A stretch of 64,000 nucleotides of DNA from the NCBI GenBank assembly GCA_964247055.1, contig OZ176053.1:9300001-9364000 (forward strand), read 5' to 3'. Each line of letters starts with the position of its first letter. Position 1 is the first letter of the stretch. The position numbers were made by a program, and so were the translations under genes. Under the pieces are notes generated by a model. The model was not told the origin of the DNA, searched no databases, and worked only from the letters and a program-made list of their open reading frames with translations. This document shows, piece by piece, positions 51,701 to 62,949 of the stretch. This stretch comes from Paragordius varius (taxonomy: Eukaryota; Animalia; Nematomorpha).

Positions 51701-54299
51701 TAAAAAGTAATTTAGTTTACTCCCGAAACGTCCTTAAGGCTAAGTTTATAGAGACGAGCTACTTTCATCGCTTCAATCAGCCAATGGTAATAAAGCGACG
51801 TGTATTTGGCAGGAAGTGTTGCAAACAATTGTTTTTCTTCAGTTATTTTTAGTGGTTGACCTTGTAAATAAAATTATTAATAATGTATCCAATAGTAAAT
51901 ATAATATATAAAATATATCTATAAAAATATGTATTACTGGCATATTATAATAAAAAATAAATATAATTTTGTATGAATAAACTATTTTTATGCGTTAAAC
52001 TTTTCTTTATAATTTGTGAAAAATAATTCTTTGTATGAAATTTATGGAAAACTATAAAATAATACTTAAGTTGATTACTAAATAAAAATGCATCAATATT
52101 TAAATATTTTAATCGTTAATTTTTAATAGTTAAAAAATAAAAAACAATGGCTCCAGTTTTAGCAAGTTTTGCATGTTATAATAATACATTGGAAAATTTT
52201 GATTTTTTAACCGACGAAATTCAAAAAATGATATTTTATGCAATTCATTTGACAAAAAGAGACGGAATGTATTATATATATTTAAAACCTTTAATATCAA
52301 GTGGACTATTTACATTGGCCTTAAAAAAATTATTTTTGGATGAATTCCTAAGTCGTTCCATCATAAATCTGAGATTGGAGTGGTGATAAGCAATTCTGAA
52401 ATAAAATAAAAAAAATCTTGATTTATTCAACAATGTATTTATAAGAAATTATTAGAAATTCGAGAAAATTTTAGAGTTCAAATTTTGAATAAAAATAATC
52501 TTAATCAGTTACATTATCAGCCATCCTATCATATAAAATTAAAACAACTAGTTTAAAATAATCAATAATGTGACAAATGCGATGAAAGAAAAATTCTAAT
52601 AATTAGCTCATAACTTAAATTGTCTAAAAGAACAGAGAAGGACCGCTATATTTAAAAAAAACAAAAAATTGGAATTTTTGGTTTAAAATTATATCTAAAA
52701 AATTGAAAGGCTCTAATTATTAAATTCAAGCATTAAGAGTTTATGCGATTTGAGCACCCAATTCATAAATCCGCCCAATAATAAAAATGGGTTCCTTAAC
52801 ATTTGATAAAAATTAAAAAGTTTGGAAGCTGAACTGTATAATACTTAAATTTCCTATTGATGATAAATATATATTTCACTTTTCATTTTCCGGCGATTGG
52901 CGAAAGGGGATAATTAAGTTATTGATTCCTAATTCTAGCAGGATTTGCGTTTCGAGCGCAAGTACGGGTCCACTGCTAGGCAAAGGGAAAGTTAAAATTT
53001 CATATTCTGCAAAATTTTCTCGAACATTCGATGATGATGATGGCGTATTCAATAATAATCGTTTAGATGGCATGGAAAAGTGATAAGGTGTTAAATTATC
53101 TTCAACAGTGTAATGTCTTAAATCATCCATAGTCATGAATCCATTGTTCCGTTTAACCTGTATGCAAAGTGAAAATATTATTAGGCTAAAAATAAATAAG
53201 AAATTGAAAAATATACTAATGATTATGAACAGAATCTAAGCAAAACTTTAAATATTTTCAAAGTATATAGATAGAAATTTGGTAATTTTAAAATCAAAGA
53301 AGTCCAATATTCCTGAGACTTATATGTAAACGAATATTCTTTTCATGTTAACCTATTAAGAGTGTGATCGAAATGACATAATTCTTATGGTAAAATTTTT
53401 AAAAAAATATTTAGTTTAAATGAAAAAATGCATTACATAGTTATTACCTCATCAACAATGTTCTTTCCAATTTCCCCGTTATAAAAAACGTGAGGCCCTT
53501 TCTCTGCAATCAATTTCAAAGTTTTTGCCAAGCGAGGATTCCGTGTAACATCCCCGGCTGTGACAAAACGCGCTACCCTTTTCTGTGTAGCCAGCGAGGA
53601 GCTCGTGACATTTATTAAAGAGACGTATTTAACATAAATTTCAGCTAACAGCGGATAACGAGTGATAAGTTCCATGGGATCTTTGAATTTTTTATTTAGT
53701 GCTTTTTCTGTAAGCAGACACATACACATAATTTGTAATTTTTAAATAAATTTATTTTTATTAAAGAGACAGGGAACGATTATTTGCTTTGGATGTTCGG
53801 TATCATACTTTTAAGTGTTATTAACAAATCTTTTGTTAACAACATATTTCAACTGAAAACAATATTATTTGCACACAATCCCTCTAAATTCAATTATACC
53901 GAATCCATAAACCCGTACCATATACTCAATCTCAACCCCATCAACAACGTCATCAGAAATCTCCGGTTACAATGGGCTGGACATGTTAAAAGACGGCAAG
54001 ATACTCACATTCTTAAAACTAAAAATTACTCGGTTGAACTACCAGCGAAATCCGGCCGACCCCATACCACATGGCTCAACACAATAACTACAGACCTCGA
54101 ATCGCTCAATTTAAATCTAGAATTAGCCAAATCAAGAGAAGAGTGGAAAAAACGGGTGTACCGTCATTTAATGGCGAATCCCCATACAAATGAATGAATG
54201 GATGAATGAATCTCAAATATAATTACTCCGAAATAATTTTGGAAAATCTACTATGTACCGGATTCCCTTTATTTTTTACTCAAAAAAAATAATTTTTAA

Positions 54300-54365
<66 letters not shown>

Positions 54366-57300
54366 TATTTATATATCAAAAATATTAAAAGATTGGAAAA
54401 TCAGTCCTTAGTTTAATTTGATGCAAACATCAAATTAATAAATAAAATAAAAATTATTTGAATCCTTTTTGCCACAAATATTAAGAATAAAAATGTAAAG
54501 AAATCTGGCAACTACACATATTCTCAAATGTTAATAATAGGATGGCTGCAAATGCGCTTACATATAACACCCCTGATTTTGCCATCGTGTAATATAAGGC
54601 GCGTTCGATTTAACGGAAAAAATACACTTTTTCTTGAAAAAAGGGTTTACGAATGATAATATCTGCAAATGCCTTTTTTACGCGAGAATATAAATTAAGC
54701 TATCATCCGGAATATAGAAAGGTTTCACTCCAAAAACAAGAAGTGCATATCTATTTTTATCACCTACTAGAGTTCCACTAATTTTCCCTCAAATTACGAA
54801 AGCAACCTTTATACCATATAAAATATAAAAAACATTTCGTAACACCTGATCAAAAAAATATTCACCACCAAAGATAATACAAATAGATATGGTAAGAAAA
54901 TTATTCCACAATGGGTATGGATAATACTATTGAGACATTGACATGTTTTTCATTAGTTAAAAAATATCTCTTTGATTTAGGCGACGTAACAACAAGTGCT
55001 GAGTTAGAGAGACAGCGTTAATGTGAACATAATTGATTGCAAGTAACAAAATACCAATGCAAAAAATTAGCTACTAAATATGTGACTTCTTAAAATTTTA
55101 CATGATAAAACGAGGTTAGCCAATATCTGACCTAATACTCAGCAAAAAAAAATAAATTTGGACAATATTAGATTAACAATTTAAATAAGGAAGGACATTG
55201 TATATATAATGAAAACAATAGATTAATAATTTTATCAACCATGGATATATCTCAGAACTTAAAATTTATTTTTAAGAGTAAATCTAAAATTTAATTCTGA
55301 CGACTCTCTTTCAAATATTGAAAAATAATATGAAAATTGTATGTAAGAATTATATATACGTCAAACTATTATTTGTTTAGGTAAAACTTGATCATTATTT
55401 ATAATATAGGTAAATACATTTTTAAAATATTAAACTATTAGAGTATCAATAAAGCTAAATTTTTAAAAGTTTTAAATTACAGTCATGTATATGTAGAATT
55501 GACAGAAATTCGTTTTTAAATGATTATAATTTGTTTTTAATTGTTTTAATGTTTGTTATGTCAACTTTCAACATGCGCATTTTTAAGCATTAAAATAATA
55601 ATAGCTTATTTATTGTAAACAATTAAAAACAAAGTAAAATCAATTAAAAACGTATATCTGACAATTCTAAACATACATGACTGTATATAAAACGTATTAA
55701 AATTTTAACAAAAATATTATATAATTCTTTAGATATTAACTGACCTGTGGCTTGTGTAATAGGAAATCCATTGAGGGCAAGATTTATAGCAGGATTTAAA
55801 AGTTTCGGCCAAGATAAACTACAATTAATAATTTTTATACCTTCCATATTTTTTATGAGCTTTATATAATCCCAAAAGCTCGCCAGGAATACCTATTGAA
55901 GAGGCCTTTTAATATAATGTACTTTTTACTTCATTTAAAAAGGCATCTTTATCCGAATTCGGCATAGTTTCTCGGAAATTAATAGCAATGGTTTTCTTTT
56001 CTTGTGAAACATGTATTAGCATAAAACCACCACTAATATAAAAATGAAACATACCCTCCGATGCCGGAATGAGCATTATTTATTACACCTATACAGAATA
56101 CGGTTGTAATTGCAGCATCCATTGCATTTCCCTCTCGGAGTGCTTCAACACCATATTTAGAACAAATTTGTACATCGGATGCAACTGCACCATGAGGTAC
56201 TACCTAAAAAATCGAAAATAATTTACTTCATAATTTCCGATAATAATATTGGAAAGTAGGGCGATTGTTATTAAAAAGCTAAAAGAAAAAATAAAAACAA
56301 TAATTTTAAGTAAATTTCTTTGCATGCGATTCAAAATCCGCTGACTCTAACATGAATATGTGCTTTTAGTATGATGAATATTCAAAAATCTTAGCTTTAA
56401 AACAACCATATTTAAGACTTCCATTTGAATTGGGGTGACTAAATACCCCAGACAATATATAAGTTGATGCTTAAACTATTTGAAGATACGGTTTTAATTT
56501 AAATTTATGCTAAGCCAAAATATCTAAATAGTTTTAAAAAGTTCAGTATCAAACTATTTGGACGCCATTTTTATACAACATTTTCGCAAAATATTGTGCT
56601 TATTGGATTGTAAGCCTAAAATTAAGTTAACATTTTTATTAAAATAACATTTAACATTGGTATAAACTTAAAAGTGTATATTTTGCATTATTTTTACATT
56701 TGGCTTGCGCAAACATGTCATAATGGCTAAATTTTTACCTTTGAGCTTTACCTGTGAATAAAAATATCCAAATATTGAATAAATTTTATATTACTTTCGG
56801 TTGATTAATGTTCTATGTGAAAACTTTCACAGTGGTTTTAATTTATTCAGTTTTGTTTATATTAATTATAAACAAGCCTGGGGTATCTAACAAACCCAAT
56901 TCGAATCGAAGGACCCAAATGAATGTCTTGTCTTAAGTATTAACAGAAATAGCATTTAATGACTATAATTGTGAAAATTATATTTTAGTGCGAAATTTTA
57001 AAGTAAATTAATTATTGAATTATTGTAATTATTTTTAAACAGTCGGAATTCAGTTCTCAATTCTCGTTCAAGTCATTTTTATTGTTTCCGACCCTATTAA
57101 TATTTTTTAAAGCACCTCTGGACGAGACAGTTCTAGTTTCAATATTCCGATTTTTATTATTTGATTAAATGATTGAAATTTTCCCATTAGCATAAATTAC
57201 ACAAATAATAATTAGCTGGAATAAAATTACCACATATTAGCTTTAAAACCATAAAAATTTATTCTTTAATACTTTTTTCTCTAAATTACATATTTATTCA

Positions 57301-59203
57301 AGAAAAATGGAAATATTTGATAAATATTAAATTAATTATAACGTAGAACCCGCGGTTCTTGGTTCCGGTGTTAAAAACGGTTTGGAATCGCTTTTAGATT
57401 TTCGGTTCCAAAACGGCACTGACAAAAAAAATTATAGCTCCTGATGCCACAAAAACAGTTCCATTTCTAATCACTGATTCATAAATTTTATTTTTTTTCA
57501 AATAATTTATTTTTAATGACTTTTCCTACTACTAAAACGCTTGACAATTGATAAACTAAAAATATGATTGAAAATTAATAATATGATTTTAGTGGTTGCT
57601 TTTTTCACACTATAGTAGGGCAATTTGCAAAACATGGAAAAAACAACAAAATAAATAAACAATATTCCTTTCTTTTATCCATACACTTGTGTGCTGCAAA
57701 AATTGCCCTACTATAGTTTGAAATAAGCAACAATTAAAATGCATACTGTAAATAAATAAATAATTTTACCATAAATATTTTTATTCTAGATATCCAAATT
57801 CATATCAAATAAAACACATTTCCAATTTTGATTGATTATGAAAAATAAACTATTTTAAATATGTATTAATCCATACTTCTAAATAAGTAACTAGCTTTTT
57901 ATTGTTTTAAACAAAATGTCATACAAATATATATAATAAGGTTATATCTTTTTTATAAATTTCGTCAAAAAAAAATGTAGGTTAATTTTTTATAACATAA
58001 TATTTGTTTTATTTGTATGTAATTATGATAAAGTTGAAATATAGTTGGGTATAATAATATTTGAATGTAAAATGCATCAGTTTTTACCTATTTATACATA
58101 TTTTTGTCAGGTGTAGAATAATTTAAGATTCATGTACAAATTAGCTTTTTTGGAATTCATAAAAAATTTGAAAAATATATACTTAGTTATGTAATTTGGA
58201 ATATTTATATGAATTATATAATACATATTATGCATAATAAAAATTATACCATCCATTACAGTAAACTATGTAGCCTTTTTGTTCAGGCCCCCTTATCACA
58301 TTTTTTGTACTCCTGTACCTATAAGGATACAACTAGTGTGCATGCATTAATTATTTAGAGTTTAAAACAAAAACGGTATTAACACTTCGATTCAAATTTG
58401 GGTATCTATATACCCCAGACTATATTTAGGTTGAATTTTTTAAAAAACTAATGAAAGAAAAGGTCCCAATTTAAATTTATGCTTCTATCCTAATCAAAAT
58501 TATATAAATAAGCCGAAATATTTAAATATTTGGTTTTGAGAAAAAAGTTTCATATCGGACGCCATTTTGATTTTACAACATTTTTGCAAAATATCGTGTC
58601 TATTTGATTTTAAAGCTAAAATGAAAGCCAATTTTTCATTTAATTACATCTAACATAGAAAAAAATAGAAGTGGTTTATTTTGTATTATTTTTAAATTTA
58701 ACTAATGAACAGATGTCATGTTGACCAAATTTTTACCTTGAGGTTTTACGTAAAAATAAGTAATATCAAATATTTTTGAATGAATTTTTTTATATATTTC
58801 GGTTTATTAATGTTATGTAAGTGCAAATTTTTGCCATGGTTTCAATTCATTCCATATTTTTTGAATTATTCTATTATAAACACGCCTGGGGTATCTAACT
58901 ACCCCAATTTGAATCAAGGACTGAAATGAATGTGTTGTATCCAAGTGTTAATGTAACATATTATGTTAAAAATTTTTAAATTTTGTATGACATTTAAATA
59001 ATAAAACTTAATGGATATAACAAAACTTGAATGATAATTATTGTTTGCTTATCGTAAAATCAACATTTTAAAAATTTGATTTTAGCGGAAACACAGCCGT
59101 ATATTATATTTCACCTTAATTAATTATTTTGTTTTTAATATTGAATAGTTAATCCCTTTTAGGATTCGATTGGCTAATAAACAATCATTGTTCTTAATTA
59201 GAT

Positions 59204-59258
<55 letters not shown>

Positions 59259-59620
59259 ATATTATAATATTATGAGCTATGATTATGTCCAACTCTAATA
59301 AATATATTTCTAACTATAATATAATCAAGTTATTTGGTATATTTGATATGAATTTTTCTTTTCAGAAATCATTAATAAAGTGTAAGCTATTTAAAAAAAA
59401 TGTAAATCAAAACATGCTTATGTCTTCTTTGTCAAATACTTAAATTTAAACCACTCATTGCATAATAATAGTATCATAAAAAACCTTAGTTATAATTAAT
59501 TAATATATACTCTACCTGTACGAAATTGAATGATAAAATATATAATGTGATAATAATATAAAACATTGAAAATAATAATAGTGAAATAAAAGGTGTACTA
59601 TTTTTAAATGACGCTTTAAC
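45796..59620 (-). CDS. GGT: Gamma-glutamyl transpeptidase / glutathione hydrolase, GGT7-like (~650 aa)
   Basis: Exons 59516-59620, 56055-56203, 55841-56032 (in-frame TAA at 55909-11 unless 55906-55929 is spliced), 55745-55818, 53448-53707, 52880-53157, 52289-52368, 51721-51860, 50815-51005, 50280-50385, 46632-46869, 45796-45962; phases consistent. Motifs GAVASD, NAMDAA, SGIGGGGF, FRE, IPGE, YHWLIEAMK, GTAHVSV (catalytic Thr), STLN, NDELKDF, RRPISSM, CGLKLALGGSNG, SDPRK. Start codon uncertain. Confidence 0.9.
47390..50045 (+). mobile_element. Decayed near-full-length RTE-clade LINE in a GGT intron (antisense to GGT)
   Basis: APE start NIATLNVRGL (~47465), YTWISSD..RNQIDYII (~48020), NYRTI (~49130), QAGFRK-like (~49230), KYTDDT (~49605), GK.KRGKPRTRW (~49890); many stops and frameshifts. 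Confidence 0.88.
48176..48359 (-). mobile_element. tRNA(Lys)-like SINE (184 bp) inserted in the RTE
   Basis: Flanked by 15-bp direct repeat AAACTAAAAATCAAC (48161-75 and 48360-74). The minus strand has an A-box-like GTAAGTAGGTAG, a loop CT-CTT-AC and a B-box GAGTTCGAACCC. Confidence 0.8.
53830..54210 (+). mobile_element. 3' fragment of an RTE-like LINE with (TGAA)n tail
   Basis: RLQWAGHVKR..SGRPHTTWLNTITTDL..REEWKK followed by tgaatgaatggatgaatgaat. Confidence 0.82.
54301..54360. repeat. Compound (CA)n(TA)n microsatellite
   Basis: Directly visible. Other (TA)n tracts lie at about 3630-3662, 6460-6478, 45162-45185 and 59206-59260. Confidence 0.95.
56412..56943. mobile_element. TTAA-flanked MITE (piggyBac-like), copy 1
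   Basis: TTAA-GACTT ... AAGTA-TTAA; inner inverted arms (ttgaattggggtgactaaataccccagac / gcctggggtatctaacaaacccaattcgaa); collinear with copy 2. Confidence 0.7.
57586..57740. repeat. Long inverted repeat (~45-bp arms)
   Basis: Perfect 18-bp core ACTATAGTAGGGCAATTT (57609-26) / AAATTGCCCTACTATAGT (57700-17), extended by imperfect pairing. Confidence 0.8.
58379..58951. mobile_element. TTAA-flanked MITE (piggyBac-like), copy 2
   Basis: TTAA-CACTT ... AAGTG-TTAA; internal homology to 56412-56943 throughout. Confidence 0.75.
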
Positions 59621-60989
59621 CTATAAATTAAATAAAGGGATATCTTTTATTAATGTATTCATAGTTGTAAACAAGTCCCTGTTTTTATTCCAAAAAAGGA
59701 GAGTTTTGAGGACAAACTGTTTAATACATACCCTATGCTAAAATTCACAAAAATATTAAATTTGCATCAAAGCGGAACCATATAACTTTTGCGAAACATC
59801 CATATTTAAAATAATTATTTATCTAGCGATTCGATGTTTCACATTTTTTAGGGATATTTTATACCTAATTTAAAGATTGTGGCGCCATTAATTTGATCCC
59901 GAATTTTGAGTATACAGTTTCCCCTAATCAATAAGTGAGTCGATAAAAGTTGTTGTATTGCAGAGAAAAAATATTTATTTATCCACATGCATATTTATGC
60001 TGTACAATCGGTCATACAGTAGGGTATGAATTAAAACAAATTTGTCAATAATTAAATAAAAAATTTAATTTTATGAAAGAGGAAATAATCTATACGCTAC
60101 TATATTTCCAATCGACCAAATATAATGTGAATTAGTCAATATATATGTGCATATTGCACATTAAAGATGCAATAAATGCGCTAAGTCTCTCGTGCAAATT
60201 ACCGTAAATTTTTTTATTTATGGCTTAATATTTTACGCGAGATAGGAAAATAAATTTTTTAGCGTTAATTCTTGTCTTTCAGGGATCTTCTAAAATAATA
60301 AAAAAATTATATCGATACTATGAGTTTAGGATTGTTTAGTGATTCATTTAACCAATAAAATTTAGTTGAAGCTATGTCCACTCTTGCATATAATTTTATT
60401 CGGCCTAATGTAAGATAAAAATACATTTTTTTGATATTAGCTAATAACAGGATTAAAATTCTTTTCAGGATAATAACCGCCCTTTTTGGTATTTATTTTA
60501 GTGAAGCTATCAAATAAATAATTTATAAACACTTATTTTTTTAGTTAGAATAATAATAAATTCGCGTAAAATTTATTAAATTAAGGTGTATCCATACTGC
60601 CATTTTCGATAATTTCTAAACATCTAAGTAATTATAAACTATTCGATTTTTAAAAATTTATTTTATGGACATATTAGGTCCAAGATCAACATTATGAAAT
60701 TTGAGTTATAATTATTATATATTTACCAGTCATTCGAAATATTTTCCCAATCAATCGAAACGTTTTCCCAGTCTTTCCCAGTCAGTAACAACATTTTCCC
60801 AAATAATTTTCCCAGTCAATAAAACCGGTTATATTTTTATGATAATCAAAACAAGATATGAAAATAACTTTTAACCATTAGCAGCATAATATTTTAGGAT
60901 ATTATTTTTTTATAAAAACAATTATTGAATGACAATTTTTCCTATTATTTCCGGGACAAAATCATTAATATCTTATTTTTTAAAAGTTA

Positions 60990-61568
60990 TCTATATATTT
61001 ATAAAAATGGAACTGGCTTTGTGATCTGTTTCCGGAAAACCGGTAAACCCATTCAAATCCAAATATCAAAAAAATATAATAATTAATAAATGCCCCGACA
61101 ATAGCTTCGCCCTTTTTTTTGAGTTAGGCGTCCAGTTAGGGCTCACCCCGTGTGAAAAACGGGTTTTTTTTGAAAACAGAAGTCCACAAAAATCGTGTCT
61201 TTGAGACAATTTTCCGGAGAACGTGTTGGACCATTCAATTTTAAATATAATTTTTGTTTACTTATTTTCGATTGAGCCGAACATAGTCGTCTCACCTTTT
61301 TAATTTAGGCCCTCTTTTACCCACTCCCCCCGTAAAATGCCATTTTTTTCAAAAAACAAAGTCCACAAAAATAATTTTTTAAATCTATTTTTCACCCAAG
61401 TAAACAATATATTAGCATGAATGCACCATTTTGAAATTCCTATGAGTCTAAATAATGTTTCGAAATAATTCACATATGTGGATCATTTTATTGTCCCTTT
61501 TTCCTAATATCCCCCCAGAAGTCCGAAGGACTTCCTCGGGCTGCGTAGCAGCACGAGATTTACGCTAG
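60990..61568 (+). mobile_element. Complete non-autonomous Helitron (579 bp)
   Basis: A|TC start, CTAG|T end, hairpin CTCGGGCTGC-GTA-GCAGCACGAG ending 11 nt before the 3' end, no TSD. Confidence 0.92.
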
Positions 61569-61775
61569 TATTTTATAGAATTTGAGTGTTTTTAAGAAAA
61601 TAATTAATAATTTTATATTTTATTGATGGTTCGCATTAATATTCGGGGCTAACTTATAAATCTATAGTGGAAATAATAAAATTTAAAAATTCACCATTTT
61701 TATCACAAATTATTCATTTAATGCTTCAAATTGGATCTGCAACTTTCCCTAATTAATATATTATATTTATCTTTC

Positions 61776-62060
61776 CAGGGGTGGCCAACACAGGGTTCTG
61801 AAATCCCGTCCGCGCAAAATTTGGATACCCACATGCAAAAAAATGCCCATAAAATCTTAGTAAAATTAATATTTCATACGCAATTATTCCGAATAATTCT
61901 ATTTGGCAACGAACTTGAAAAAATTATAATATTGTGCTTGCATTTTACAGTCTTATGTCTAGAAAAAACTATTTATAAATATATGTATATTCGAATGCGG
62001 AACGCCGTACTTTTTGACTTAAAAATGCGGCCCGAGAAGCCATTGTGTTGGAATATCATT
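61776..62060. mobile_element. hAT-Charlie-type MITE
   Basis: Starts CAGGGGTGGCCAAC; AAAATGCGGCCCGAGAAGCC near the right end; right TIR degenerate. Confidence 0.65.
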
Positions 62061-62949
62061 TTTTATAAAATATTTTTAAATCAAAAACATTTTTATCAAA
62101 AAAATATTTTCTGTTTAGATATTTTTTCCTATATTTTTAATCGATAAACTTGACATGTTTAAAAACCAATTTGAAGCGTTTGTACCAATAGATAAAAATG
62201 GTCAATTTTATATTTTTTCATCCACTATAGATTTTATAAGTTAGCCCTGAATATTAATGCGAACCACATCGATAAAATAAAAAATATTAATTATTTTTTT
62301 AAAAATACTTAAATTCTATAAATATAACTTTTAAAGAATAAGTAATGATTTTGCATTGGAAATAATAGGAAAAATTGTCATTCAATAATTGTGTTTTTAT
62401 AAAAAATAATACCCTAAAGTATTACGCTGATAATGGTTAAAAGTTATTTTTATATCCTGTTTTGATATTTATCATCAAAAATAAAACCGTTTTTATTGAC
62501 TGGGAAAAGGTTTTATTGATTGGGAAAATGTTACTGACTGGGAAAACGTTTCGATTGACTGGGAAAATCTTTCGATTGATTGGGAAACCGTTTTTATGAC
62601 CGGGAAATGGTATAGATTATTATTCTTTGCTAATTGGATTATAACGAAAGATTGAAAATTAGTGAATGGAATGCTAAATAAGTTTTTTTGGTATAAAGAT
62701 GCTTCATTCTACAAAATATTAAAATCTTTCATACACTACACTTAACCAATCTTATATATTACTTTTAAAAAATGGACTCGGAAAGTATTAACTTTTTAGT
62801 CCCTTTAAAATGAGTTGCTTTCTAATATAAAGGCATAAATGCCGATTTTACCATTGACAATATTTAATATTGAAATATATTGTAAAATTACAAATAATAA
62901 TTTTCATTTATTAAAATTTCTTTATACTTTTTATTAATTATAATTTTAA

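Larger units (their letters stand above)
60717..62612. mobile_element. Foldback element family 2 with ~230-bp inverted arms, hosting a Helitron and a hAT MITE
   Basis: 60720-60952 is the imperfect reverse complement of 62377-62612; arms are built of repeated TTTCCCAGTC / GACTGGGAAA units; right end GGGAAATGGTA. Confidence 0.8.

Noticed and set aside
52147-52386. Plus-strand 79-aa ORF
   Set aside because: Overlaps the minus-strand GGT exon 52289-52368; no recognisable domain.
55909-59623. Stop-codon reassignment (TAA/TAG as sense), suggested by the TAA in GGT and by ATG..TTA TAG GTT at about 59621-59662
   Set aside because: About 1,800 modelled NHE codons contain no internal TAA/TAG, and the genes end in TAA followed by UTR-like sequence. 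The TAG at 59621-23 doubles as a splice acceptor.
60730-60815. Short direct repeats with spacers (TTTCCCAGTC; mirrored at 62500-62610) resembling a CRISPR array
   Set aside because: Units are ~10 bp and irregular, and form the inverted arms of a foldback transposon; the context is eukaryotic with no cas genes.
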